NCBI GenBank assembly: GCA_963793865.1
Contig: CAWCBP010000001.1
Location: 704,001 to 768,000 of the forward strand
Reading direction: 5' to 3'
DNA: 64,000 bases
DNA from: an uncultured delta proteobacterium
GTDB taxonomy: Bacteria > Desulfobacterota > WTBG01
In this document: positions 9,880-19,433 of the stretch, one piece after another
How positions within the stretch are numbered: position 1 is the stretch's first letter
How the letters are laid out: each line of letters begins with the position of its first letter
Notes under the pieces: model-generated
Database searches by the model: none
Told to the model about the DNA's origin: nothing
The model's input: the letters and a program-made list of their open reading frames with translations, nothing else
Position numbers and translations under genes: made by a program

Positions 9880-10572
9880 ATGGACTATATTCTGGATGGA
9901 TTAGCAACGGCGCTGCGGCTTATTTTCGCACTTGATTCTGAAGTGACACATTGCACGCTGGTGTCACTCCAGGTGTCTTCGGTCGCCATCCTGCTCGCCA
10001 CTCTGGTGGGTCTGCCCTGCAGTTTGCTGCTGGGCATGTATGATTTTAAGGGAAAGCAGACCCTGATTACGGTAATTAATACCCTGATGGCGGTACCTAC
10101 CGTGGTAATCGGTCTGTTTGTGTTTGCCTTCGTTTCGCGCCAGGGGCCTCTCGGCGTGCTCGGTTTGCTCTTTACGCCGGCCGCCATGACTATCGGCCAG
10201 TTTCTTTTGGCTACGCCGATTGTGATAGCGCTCTCCTTCGCCGCAATCCAGGGCATTGATCCCAGGGTTAAGGTGACTGCGCTGGCCCTCGGCGCCCGTT
10301 CACACCAGGTGATAGTCACCCTGTTGCTTGAGGCCCGCTATGCCATCATGGCCGCCGTTATAGCCGGTTTTGGCAGGGTCATCGGTGAAGTGGGATCCGC
10401 AATGATGCTGGGAGGCAACATCAAAGGCTATACCAGGACCATCAGTACTGCCATTGCCCTGGAGACCAGCAAAGGCGAGTTCAGCCTGGGGATTGCCCTG
10501 GGCATCATTCTTCTCACCGTGGCGCTTTCCGTGAATATTGCGCTGCGCTCTCTTCAGCAAAGATCAAAATAG
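9880..10572 (+). CDS. tupB: Tungstate ABC transporter permease
   Basis: NTLMAVPTVVIGL, SRQGPLG, GFGRVIGEVGSAMMLGGNIKGYTRTISTAIALETSKGEF. Confidence 0.85.
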   Translation: MDYILDGLATALRLIFALDSEVTHCTLVSLQVSSVAILLATLVGLPCSLLLGMYDFKGKQTLITVINTLMAVPTVVIGLFVFAFVSRQGPLGVLGLLFTPAAMTIGQFLLATPIVIALSFAAIQGIDPRVKVTALALGARSHQVIVTLLLEARYAIMAAVIAGFGRVIGEVGSAMMLGGNIKGYTRTISTAIALETSKGEFSLGIALGIILLTVALSVNIALRSLQQRSK

Positions 10573-10583
10573 GTTCATCGAGC

Positions 10584-11603
10584 ATGACACAAAAAGAAAA
10601 TCCTCTCCTTGAGGTACAAGGGCTTACTCATTATTATAACAGCACCAAGGTACTGGATGTGCCTCATCTGTCATTTTGCAGGGGTAAAATTTACGCATTT
10701 TTGGGTCCCAATGGCTCCGGCAAAACCACCCTGCTCAATATTTTAGGACTTCTCTTAAGGCCGACAGCGGGAACGGTGCTGTATGAGAATAAGGACCTGC
10801 TTGGCAATACCGCCTTCATGAAGGATGTCCGCGCCAGGATGACCACGGTAATCCAGAATCCAATCCTGTTTGATATGAGCGTCGAGAACAACGTCGCCTA
10901 TGGCTTAAAAATTCGCGGAACACCAAAGGAAGAGCGGAGGAGAATGGTCAGGGAATGCCTGGACATGGTGAAACTGGATGGCTTTCAGAAACGAAGGGCA
11001 CGGGAGCTTTCAGGCGGGGAAACGCAGAGGGTCGCTATTGCCAGGGCGCTGGCGGTAAAGCCGGAGATGATCTTTCTTGACGAGTACACTTCTAATGTTG
11101 ACGAGAAAAGCATCCGGGTCCTGGATGACGTCATTGCGCGGGTGAGACAACTCAATGGTACAACGGTTTTTCTGGTGACTCACGATACCCGGCAGGCTTA
11201 CAAGATGGCAGACGATGTAATTCACCTCTTCGGAGGAAAGGTCGTGCGGACATCCATGGAAAATCTGTACAAGGGAACCATGGCAAAAATAAACGGCCTA
11301 TCTCTCTTTGATACCGGCAGGATCACCATCGAGGTCGTCGCCGATCGACAGGGGCAGGCGTATACGGCAATCAATCCCCATGATATCATTGTCTCACTTC
11401 AGCCGTTAAGCACAAGCGCCAGGAACTCGTTTCGCGGGACGATTACCGAAGTGCTCAGTGAAGGGGCCGCTGTCCGGTTAAGCGTGAATGCAGGTGAAGT
11501 GTTTAAGGTGCTGATGACCAGGGCTTCCTTTCAGGAAATGAAGCTCGATGTGGGAACCATGGTTTATGTTACCTTCAAAAGCACGGCGGTCGAGGTGTTA
11601 TAG
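10584..11603 (+). CDS. tupC: Tungstate/molybdate ABC transporter ATP-binding protein with TOBE domain
   Basis: GPNGSGKT, LSGGETQR, FLDEYT; C-terminal TSARN...V.VTFKSTAV TOBE motif. Confidence 0.8.
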   Translation: MTQKENPLLEVQGLTHYYNSTKVLDVPHLSFCRGKIYAFLGPNGSGKTTLLNILGLLLRPTAGTVLYENKDLLGNTAFMKDVRARMTTVIQNPILFDMSVENNVAYGLKIRGTPKEERRRMVRECLDMVKLDGFQKRRARELSGGETQRVAIARALAVKPEMIFLDEYTSNVDEKSIRVLDDVIARVRQLNGTTVFLVTHDTRQAYKMADDVIHLFGGKVVRTSMENLYKGTMAKINGLSLFDTGRITIEVVADRQGQAYTAINPHDIIVSLQPLSTSARNSFRGTITEVLSEGAAVRLSVNAGEVFKVLMTRASFQEMKLDVGTMVYVTFKSTAVEVL

Positions 11604-11627
11604 CACCGGCATGATGTTGTCCTATCG

Positions 11628-12317
11628 TTAATCCCTGACGCAACGAACGCAGAACCCGGACTGCAGGGGGCCGTGGCCTCTAAAAACGGTACCGCTGTTG
11701 TAGTTCAAATATCGTCCCCAGGCACCGCGCTCCGGCATGACGGTATCCATCGTCGGTGTCCACCAAAAGCCTATCTCGCCCATAAAACCGAATCCCCCGG
11801 AGCCGAAACGATAGCCGCCCGGAAGACCTGAAAAACCGCTGAGATTGGTTGCCCCGGCATTCGGCTGATTCCACAAGCCTGTACCTGCCTCCAGGGTGCC
11901 TTTGCTTTTCATTTTACCGCCGGCTTCCAATTCGCCGCCCAGATAATCTGTCAACGCGGTCCATTCTTCGTCGCTGGGAACATGCCAATCAGCAGGACAT
12001 AGGTTGCGAGGGTCCACTACAGCATGCCAATTGTACAGCTTGCCGTAAACGGCATCGTTGGCCTCATCGTTGTCGTAATAGCACCAGGCCCCTGTTGCCA
12101 AGGCGCTCCATTCGTCACTATCAATGATATTGGGTATCGGGTCGCCGTTGTCGTATGTGGTGGTTTTTAGATTTTCTGCCATCCACTCCTGCCCGCCTAT
12201 AATCACAGTCCGGTAAACATTGCCGTCGACATCAGTCACTTCGCCGGTTTGCTGACAACCCGTAATCTGACTGCATAGCACCAGGGAGCAGAGCAATAAA
12301 AAACATATTTTCTTCAT
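11628..12317 (-). CDS. Fibrobacter succinogenes major paralogous domain lipoprotein
   Basis: D.DGNVY.TV.IG.Q.WMAENL, YGKLYNW, LCP..WHVPS..EW, SGFSGLPGG, VRCVRD; lipobox ITGC. Confidence 0.9.
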   Translation of the reverse strand: MKKICFLLLCSLVLCSQITGCQQTGEVTDVDGNVYRTVIIGGQEWMAENLKTTTYDNGDPIPNIIDSDEWSALATGAWCYYDNDEANDAVYGKLYNWHAVVDPRNLCPADWHVPSDEEWTALTDYLGGELEAGGKMKSKGTLEAGTGLWNQPNAGATNLSGFSGLPGGYRFGSGGFGFMGEIGFWWTPTMDTVMPERGAWGRYLNYNSGTVFRGHGPLQSGFCVRCVRD

Positions 12318-12342
12318 GAAGGTCCCCCCTTCAAAAAGTAAG

Positions 12343-12380
12343 AAAGCCGCTGAAACGCGTGATCATATCTCAGCGGCTTT
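12343..12380 (-). terminator. Intrinsic terminator-like hairpin
   Basis: aaagccgctga...tcagcggcttt perfect 11-bp inverted repeat. Confidence 0.6.
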
Positions 12381-12408
12381 CATTCACCGGCAATGATCCT
12401 CGGAACTA

Positions 12409-13059
12409 TTACAATACAATGTAAATAACCGGTATAACCGCCTCAAGCATCAACTTCAGTGAAAATTTTTGGGCAGGATTCTCTTCGCATTGCCGGATAA
12501 GCTCATCGCTCGTTTCATAGTACAGCTCGATCATGCTGATGCCGGCCTCGCTGGCGGCCATTTTCTCGTCACGGAACCGCCTCAAGATATCAAGCCGCGG
12601 GTCATCAGCGCCCAACAGATATGATGCAGCGCAGGGCTCAGGTTCAGGTGGTTCGGTTCCCTGGTATCCGGAAGCTATCGGGTACTTGCCCGGCTTTGTC
12701 GTAAAGGATTGAAAGTCGCGGGCGGGAACAAGCTCGGTATATTCAGCAAAATCCTGAGGAAGATCATAGACCGTTAGATCATGGTCTGCCTCGATGTAAA
12801 AATGCTTGGAGAAGAAGGTGCTGTAATAAATCTGAAACTCCACGGCATCGGGATTCTTAATGCCATAGGCTATGTGACTCCTCCCGGTATCGCTGACCCA
12901 GGTCTCGGTTATTTCCCATGTCACCGTTGATCCGTCATCCATGATTACGGTCCAGGAACCGAGCCACCCATCCACATACTCCGACTCGGCCCGCGCCAAA
13001 GGTATCAGCAGCATGAAGCAGACCATAAAGCAGGTTGCACTTAAAGCAATTTTTCTCAT
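12409..13059 (-). CDS. Secreted hypothetical protein with CFI-box-CTERM-like tail
   Basis: RBS aaggagg; signal peptide ending ARA; PPEPEP linker; CAASYLLG...LDILRRFRDE...G...IELYY. Confidence 0.75.
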   Translation of the reverse strand: MRKIALSATCFMVCFMLLIPLARAESEYVDGWLGSWTVIMDDGSTVTWEITETWVSDTGRSHIAYGIKNPDAVEFQIYYSTFFSKHFYIEADHDLTVYDLPQDFAEYTELVPARDFQSFTTKPGKYPIASGYQGTEPPEPEPCAASYLLGADDPRLDILRRFRDEKMAASEAGISMIELYYETSDELIRQCEENPAQKFSLKLMLEAVIPVIYIVL

Positions 13060-13157
13060 CACATCCTCCTTTCTTGCATTGTTATGTATCTTGTTGTTTG
13101 CATATAGTGCCATGGTAATACAAAACGCTTAACCATCCGCCATTCCGAGCAAACCGT

Positions 13158-14360
13158 TTACGGGATCACCAGATCGATGCCGGCGGCAAGGGGTTTCAGC
13201 ATGATGCGTGCTGTTGTCTTGGCCAGCGGACTTTTCTCGATCAAGGGCTCAGTTATAGCCGATGTTCTGACATAGAGACTGATCAGCCGTCGGCCGGTAG
13301 CGCTCTGTGCGAGAAATCTGTCACGGAAATCCCTCATTTTTTGGGTGTACACATCGGTTTCCCCGAAAATCGATGAGAACATGCAGGGCTTATCGGATAA
13401 ATCAAACACCTGGATTCGATTATTGAATGTATCCGCGACGTAGATGGTGCCGGATGAATCTGTCGCTGCTCCGAAAGGCAGGTTGAAGGAACCGTCCCCG
13501 TTTCCCTCAGAGCCCCATTCGGAAATAAAATTACCGGCATTATCAAACTGCTGTATGCGATGGTTAAATGTATCCGCTATAAAAACATTGTCAGAGGCGT
13601 CAATCGCTATCCCCGAAGGATATGAAAATTCTCCCGGGCCGCCTCCCTTGACTCCCCAGGTGTCAATGAGGGCGCCGGTGGCATCGAACTTGAGTACCCG
13701 GTTATTATAGTAATCGGTTGCAAACACATTCCCCGCGGAGTCAAGAGCCAGATAGGTGGGCCTGAATGAGAACATGCCTCCATTCTCATCCGGGGTGTCT
13801 CCCCAGGCAGTGATAAAATTTCCGGAAGGGTCATATTTCAGGATAAGTGACTGCCACGCGTCCGCAACATAGACATTGCCGACCGTATCAACCGCAACGC
13901 CCACCGGCTCCCGAATAAATCCCGCGCCGGGCTCGTTGTCAGGACCCCATGCCGCCAGGTAGTTTCCGTCTGCATCAAACTTCTGTATGCGAAAGTTTTC
14001 CGGGTCCACGACATACACATATCCATCGAGGTCCACGGCGACATCTCCCGGGCTTCCGAAGTTGCCCTCGTCCTTCCCGGCAGAGCCCCACGCCGTTATG
14101 AACCGACCGCGCTTGTTAAACACCTGTATGCGGTCATTGCCGGTGTCGGCAACATATATTTTCCCGGCGGAATCTACTGCAATGCCGCTTGGTCCTTTAA
14201 ACTGGCCTTCTTCAGAACCTTCTTCTCCCCATGTGACCCCTATGTTTGTTTGAGACGGCAGTGGGGTCCTGACTGGGTCACGATCATCCTGATCGCCGGC
14301 AGAGGTAATACCGTAACAGGCAAAAAGGCTAACCACGATGGTAAAAATCCATTTTCTCAT
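13158..14360 (-). CDS. Secreted NHL-repeat beta-propeller protein with CFI-box-CTERM-like tail
   Basis: Six repeats like G.F..P.GIAVD..G.IYVADT.N.RIQ.F; tail PCMFSSIFG...MRDFRDRFL..S.TGR.LISLY. Confidence 0.85.
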   Translation of the reverse strand: MRKWIFTIVVSLFACYGITSAGDQDDRDPVRTPLPSQTNIGVTWGEEGSEEGQFKGPSGIAVDSAGKIYVADTGNDRIQVFNKRGRFITAWGSAGKDEGNFGSPGDVAVDLDGYVYVVDPENFRIQKFDADGNYLAAWGPDNEPGAGFIREPVGVAVDTVGNVYVADAWQSLILKYDPSGNFITAWGDTPDENGGMFSFRPTYLALDSAGNVFATDYYNNRVLKFDATGALIDTWGVKGGGPGEFSYPSGIAIDASDNVFIADTFNHRIQQFDNAGNFISEWGSEGNGDGSFNLPFGAATDSSGTIYVADTFNNRIQVFDLSDKPCMFSSIFGETDVYTQKMRDFRDRFLAQSATGRRLISLYVRTSAITEPLIEKSPLAKTTARIMLKPLAAGIDLVIP

Positions 14361-14438
14361 ATGTATCCCGGTGTCAATTGTTTTGTATTACCCGCTCTAT
14401 TCAGTATAACCCTGCAATTATGTGAAAAGGTGTGACAG

Positions 14439-15113
14439 CTATTTGAGAAGACCGGCGATGCCCTCGGTCCATGATCTCACGATGTCAAAGTTGCGAAGAT
14501 CCCCCGCTTCTTCAAAACCGGTTAATTTTAGATTTATAATTTCAACCGGAAATATTTCCTGAAAAAAGAATTTTCCGGGCATCAGACCGATTGGTTCTAA
14601 AACCTGTATTTCGGGATATTTCCTAAGGACGGATGCGTTGACCAGGCGGGCAAGATTTTCCTCAACCATGCCCGTCTCTTTATTGACAGAGGTTGAGACA
14701 GCAAAGACTGCTACATCTTTAGTCGCCAGCAGGGTTTGGTGGCGTTCTAAAAAGCTTAATGCCCCGGGAAGGAAAGTAGCATAGTACATCGGACTTCCAA
14801 GCACGATTGCGTCATATGGCGAAATGTCGTCGATATTCAATGCCGGTCTGATATCCGTCTGAAACCCGTTCTCACACAGCACATCACCCACTGTTTCCGC
14901 GATCATGGCTGTTGATCCGTGCTTTGTATCGTAGGCAACCAGAACTTTTTTGCCGCTGATGTTATCACTCCCGCATGATTTCTCGAATAAGACAGCGCTT
15001 GCCGAAACAGACGATGCCAAGACAATCGACAGTATGAACATGAAGGGGATGCTAATAACCGTCGTATGTTTCGTATATGGTTTTCTAAACAATTTTGGTA
15101 ATGTTTTTATCAT
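14439..15113 (-). CDS. Exported flavodoxin-domain protein (HemG-like flavodoxin fold)
   Basis: VLVAYDTKHGST..IAE, YDAIVLGSP.Y, DLRNFD.VRSW; N-terminal hydrophobic segment. Start 15113 or 15140. Confidence 0.75.
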   Translation of the reverse strand: MIKTLPKLFRKPYTKHTTVISIPFMFILSIVLASSVSASAVLFEKSCGSDNISGKKVLVAYDTKHGSTAMIAETVGDVLCENGFQTDIRPALNIDDISPYDAIVLGSPMYYATFLPGALSFLERHQTLLATKDVAVFAVSTSVNKETGMVEENLARLVNASVLRKYPEIQVLEPIGLMPGKFFFQEIFPVEIINLKLTGFEEAGDLRNFDIVRSWTEGIAGLLK

Positions 15114-15464
15114 GTTTCCACCATCCTTGTGCTGGACCATTATTTAAATTTACAATCAAAAGTAATAATTGTTTTACACTAATTACCGCGTTACCTGTAC
15201 ACAGCAAATATTCAAGCAAAAACTACAGTTATTTCTTTTAAAAGTCAATATTTTACTGTCATATCATATGGGAAGATTATTCAATGAAGGTGAGCCCAGA
15301 TAACGGGCAGTGCAACAGTTTTCCTTGCCAATAGTATCGATACTGGTATAAATAGAGAAAGCATATGCGGACAAATGTTGTGGTGAGACCGATTTTTAGA
15401 GACTTTGTATGTTGGATTGTATGTATCCGGCAGATTTGTTGTCTGGAGAAAGGAAAGCGTGCCA

Positions 15465-15905
15465 ATGAAAAAAGGATCGCAACATAACGATTCATTTCGG
15501 CAGGAGCAGGAAGGACATGATGTCATAGCTCTCATCAAAAGGATGCAGCAGCAGCTGGCATTTCTGGAGAAAAAGATTGATCTTTTGATCAGCCAGTCAC
15601 AGCCACGGACTTCCGGTGAGAGGCATTTTTCAAAACCGTTCGGCTCCGCCGGCCCTTCGCGGCGTCATGCCGCGCGAGAGCATGATGGTAACTATGGAGA
15701 AAAACGTGCGGACCGGGGGCGACATTTCGGGAAAAGGCCGGGGGAAAACAACCGTGATTTTGGCCGGCGCAGCCATGATCATGATAGTCCCCGCGAAGGT
15801 GACAGCGGCCCGGCACGTCCTTATGAGGATCGTCATGGCCGTGACAAGGGAAAATTCAAGCACAAAGGCGGTTCATTCTATGACCGGCGCAAGGGTCGTG
15901 AGTGA
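15465..15905 (+). CDS. Hypothetical protein: N-terminal coiled coil and R/G/H/D-rich disordered tail
   Basis: RBS aagga; IKRMQQQLAFLEKKIDLLI heptads; low-complexity basic tail. Confidence 0.7.
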   Translation: MKKGSQHNDSFRQEQEGHDVIALIKRMQQQLAFLEKKIDLLISQSQPRTSGERHFSKPFGSAGPSRRHAAREHDGNYGEKRADRGRHFGKRPGENNRDFGRRSHDHDSPREGDSGPARPYEDRHGRDKGKFKHKGGSFYDRRKGRE

Positions 15906-15994
15906 AGGGCCGGTTTAAATATCGGATTACCGGTCACTGCAGGTACCATGGGCATTTAAATTAAAAGAACACACAAAGAACAACCGGCATGTTG

Positions 15995-16026
15995 AAAAGG
16001 CCCAGGATTCGTGAGGGGCCTTTTTT
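15995..16026 (+). terminator. Intrinsic terminator
   Basis: aaaaggccc...gggcctttttt. Confidence 0.55.
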
Positions 16027-16202
16027 CATCCTCTGATTTGAATAGTGCAGGTTGTGGTTGTTGAGCTTGTTGTAGTATAGCTGCATCCCTCCATACCGGA
16101 GGCGCTGTAAGGGCAGGAACTTTTTGTTTGGGGCGGGCTTTACCGTGAATAAATTGTGTGGTATAAGTATCAAAAGAAAATAATTTAACAGGAGGTTTAA
16201 CG

Positions 16203-16889
16203 ATGAGAATAGTACTGGCAGTATGTGCTGCGCTTTCAATGTTGACATCCGGTATGGCCTACGCAAAGCAGGTCAGCATTGATATGGACTTGAAAAAGCC
16301 TGGAATTGCCACCAAGGAAGCTGAGGCGGATGAATGGTTTAACAAGGGTAACACGGCATATCAGTCCAAGGATTATGATGAAGCCATTAAATCTTATAAA
16401 AAAGCCGTAGAGATAGACCCTTCCTTTGCAAGCGCCTTTTACAACCTTGGCATTGTTTATGGTGTAAAAGGAATGCCTGACGAGGCCATCTCAGCCTATA
16501 AGAAGGTGCTGATGATCAAGCCCGATTATCATACTGCACGGGTTGCCCTTGGGTCTGTTTATATTCAAAAGGGAATGGTAAATGAGGCCATTTCTGAATT
16601 GGAGAGGGTCCTTGCCGGCAGTCCTGATTACGCCCGCGCGCACTTTTATCTGGGTGAATGTTATTTTACCAAGGGAGATAAGCAGCGAGCGGCCGAATAC
16701 TATTATAAGGCAGGTACACTTTTTGTGACGCGGGGCAATACAGACTGGGCACAGAAATCCTATGATGGTTTGAAAAAAACGAATGATGAGAAGCTGGCAA
16801 AAGATCTTCTTGCAAAGATGAACGCAGCGCCGAAGCAGGAAGCGATTACCGTTGATCAAGTCATCGAGATAAAACCCAAGGCAAAATGA
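16203..16889 (+). CDS. Secreted tetratricopeptide repeat protein
   Basis: RBS aggagg; signal peptide; TPR units (AFYNLGIVY...EAISAYKKVL.IKPDY). Confidence 0.9.
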   Translation: MRIVLAVCAALSMLTSGMAYAKQVSIDMDLKKPGIATKEAEADEWFNKGNTAYQSKDYDEAIKSYKKAVEIDPSFASAFYNLGIVYGVKGMPDEAISAYKKVLMIKPDYHTARVALGSVYIQKGMVNEAISELERVLAGSPDYARAHFYLGECYFTKGDKQRAAEYYYKAGTLFVTRGNTDWAQKSYDGLKKTNDEKLAKDLLAKMNAAPKQEAITVDQVIEIKPKAK

Positions 16890-16972
16890 AAGTTTGCCTG
16901 ACAACACGTGCATCAAGCCTCGTTCTCTGCATCACCTCCCTCATGGGGTGCGCCCCGCATTTCTGATAAGAC

Positions 16973-18562
16973 TTATTTTGCTATTGCGGGTATGATGCTC
17001 TCTATGACCCCCCGTATTTCCTGCTTGAACTCTTCGTCCTGATCGATTGCCTGTGCAACGGCAGGGCTCAACTCGTAGTACAGATTGATCAATGATCTGC
17101 CTTCGGGGGTTTTACTGAGCACCTCATCACGGTACGTCCTCAGGATATCGAGTCTAGCCTGATCCTCCTCCAGTGCGGCTTCCGCGGCACAGGGGCCGGG
17201 AGGGCCGGTAAAACACTTGCCGGTTCTAAATCCGTTACCGCAGTAAGGATAATCAGCGGGGCAGCACCAGCCGTTATAACAATCAACGGGATAATCGGCA
17301 GGACAGCCAAAACTGATGGTGGTAGTGGTGTAGCCGGGTGAAGGACAGTATGACTGATAGGTATAGCAATAACCATCGTCACAGCACGCCGGATAAAAAT
17401 AGGGGCAGCACATCTCATTGCCGCAATCAACCGTATAATCCGGTAAGCCCGGTGGCGGGCAAGCTCCCCCCGCGGTGGTCGTTGTAGAAGAAAAAACAGT
17501 GGTCGTGAAAGGACTGATGGTGGTGGTAATTACCCCTCCGCCATAACTCAAGTCTACAGCATCCCAACCAAAAAGGGTCAGCGAGTCTGCAGAAGTCACA
17601 TAGGAAACCCTGAAATACCCTCCGTTACCGGCACCCGGAGTATAGGGCGTAAAATTGGCTGTTTCACCCCAGTCAGTACCCCAGCTGTTTTTAACAATCC
17701 AGCAGCCCTGGGCATCATCATAGCCGATGATATATACCAGATGTCCGCCTCCCTGTTCATCCTGCTGGGGAACCGGTGCATAAATGCCGCCGGTATAGTC
17801 AAAGAAATCCTGGTAAGCCAGCATGGCGCAGGGTACGGGTTTGTTTACCAGCACCGCCTTAATATAGTCAGGATATGGTATATAGCCTTTCTCACCGGCT
17901 ATGAACGAATAACCCGACAATTTATAAACCCTGTTTGCCGCATCAGCGCAAGCGTTAGCACAGGGGGGTTCAGTCCCCGACTGCTGAGTTGAGGCGTAGG
18001 GAAAACACGATTCATCAGGGACGCCGGTGCTTACCAGAAAATCACACACATAATCAGCAGCGTTGCCATCGCAACCACCATAGTGATAGCCATCTTGTGT
18101 ACCATTTGGTCCGCAGGATACGATATACTGCTCGGCAAGATCTATGGAAAGGTTGGGATTGCTTTGTGATAGTTTGATGAGGGTTTCCAGTGTTCCCGAT
18201 GTTCCAAAAGAGTAACAGCTCCCGCATGCCTGCTGGTTCTTTACCGGGGTAATCCAGTTGCCCCCGTTATGATTTCGCCAATCCAGGGAAAGGGGAGCGG
18301 TAAGCGGGGCAAGCAATCGCATGCCTTCATCCATCATTTCTACCTTTCCCGGGAGCCGGTAGGTGAGCAGGGCCTTCCTCTCCTCCGGCGAAAGGTCCGA
18401 AAGTGCAGTCCTTCCTGCTCTCCATTGATAGCCCCGAACATTAATTTCTTTTTGCAAATCTTCAATCTTCCACCCTGCCGCACATACCGCCTGCATGCAC
18501 ACAATCTGAAAAAAAACAGCTGTAATGAGTAAAATGCCCGGCACATTCACTTTTTTATTCAT
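16973..18562 (-). CDS. Secreted papain-family (C1A) cysteine peptidase with Thr-rich linker, Cys-rich repeats and CFI-box-CTERM-like tail
   Basis: LDWRN, VKNQQACGSCYSF, GHLVYIIGY, KNSWG; VDCG...CCP..YP.C repeats; tail CAAEAAL...LRTYRDEVL.KTPEGR.LINLYYELSP. Confidence 0.9.
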   Translation of the reverse strand: MNKKVNVPGILLITAVFFQIVCMQAVCAAGWKIEDLQKEINVRGYQWRAGRTALSDLSPEERKALLTYRLPGKVEMMDEGMRLLAPLTAPLSLDWRNHNGGNWITPVKNQQACGSCYSFGTSGTLETLIKLSQSNPNLSIDLAEQYIVSCGPNGTQDGYHYGGCDGNAADYVCDFLVSTGVPDESCFPYASTQQSGTEPPCANACADAANRVYKLSGYSFIAGEKGYIPYPDYIKAVLVNKPVPCAMLAYQDFFDYTGGIYAPVPQQDEQGGGHLVYIIGYDDAQGCWIVKNSWGTDWGETANFTPYTPGAGNGGYFRVSYVTSADSLTLFGWDAVDLSYGGGVITTTISPFTTTVFSSTTTTAGGACPPPGLPDYTVDCGNEMCCPYFYPACCDDGYCYTYQSYCPSPGYTTTTISFGCPADYPVDCYNGWCCPADYPYCGNGFRTGKCFTGPPGPCAAEAALEEDQARLDILRTYRDEVLSKTPEGRSLINLYYELSPAVAQAIDQDEEFKQEIRGVIESIIPAIAK

Positions 18563-18624
18563 ATTCCACCCCTCTTGAAAGTTAATAGATCAGTCTTGAA
18601 TGAATATGATCGTATGTGCCGCAT

Positions 18625-18670
18625 AAAAAACCCCACTCCGTCAGATAGTATCATCTGCACAGAAGTGGGA
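18625..18670 (-). terminator. Terminator-like hairpin in the leader of the C1 peptidase gene
   Basis: Minus strand CCCACTTCTGTgCAGAT...ATCTGACGGAGTGGGGTTTTTT. Confidence 0.6.
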
Positions 18671-18860
18671 AATATTTAAATTCGGCTTGCGCACGCTCTC
18701 TCCCCGTTACGATTACAGACAGCTGCATCAAATCATAGTTCGGAAGCATTGGCAAGTGTTTTCAGATGACATCTTCTCCGTTGACTGATGAGCCGGGCAG
18801 CACCCTTTGGTTGCAGGGCAGCAGGTGTTCACGGTAGCAAGCACCGCTCAGATGGACGCT

Positions 18861-19085
18861 TCAGGTGAACAGTCCGATAACATAGCTATTCATCTTTGCC
18901 CCGATGCCCGAGTAAATAAAAATACCGATCAGGGCTCCCACTGCCAGGGCAACCAGCCACTTCTGTTTGGCGGTGAAGACGGTACTGCGCAGCAATGCAT
19001 AAATGCCGAGCGGAGGAAATGCCTGCAGCGAGAATATTACCTTAGCGCGATTGTTATACCATTTTTCTTTTTCCGGTTTTTCCAC
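18861..19085 (-). CDS. Small membrane protein (2 hydrophobic segments)
   Basis: RBS aaggag, GTG start; KWY...FPPLGIYAL.R. Confidence 0.6.
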   Translation of the reverse strand: MEKPEKEKWYNNRAKVIFSLQAFPPLGIYALLRSTVFTAKQKWLVALAVGALIGIFIYSGIGAKMNSYVIGLFT

Positions 19086-19433
19086 GATCTCTCCTTTGTG
19101 CTGCGTATGCTGCAGCCTACATTACATCATTCTGAACACCGCCATAAACAGTGTAACAAACCAGGACTGGTGCTTGCACCGTAAAGAAGCACATCCCGGC
19201 CATTAGAACAATTTAATAAAAAAAAGTCAACCGGTGAAAGCAAGTACTTTCTGGGCAGTTAGTGCCTTCTTCTTTACCCGGCAGGAGTTGTGTGCTATAG
19301 GGGATGTGCATGACAATCAGGTATAAACCTGTTAAACAATGTATTGCCAACCCATTTATTTATACTCATTTTTTCACGTGCCGAGCATTGTGCCGGAGAC
19401 CAATTAACGGTGTCGACTATGGGGGGTGCTGTC

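Noticed and set aside
13098..13113. Sigma54 promoter (TGGCAC...TGC on minus strand)
   Set aside because: Only 8 nt between GG and GC rather than 10.
14439..15113. hemG
   Set aside because: Export signal and absence of heme genes; only the fold is supported.
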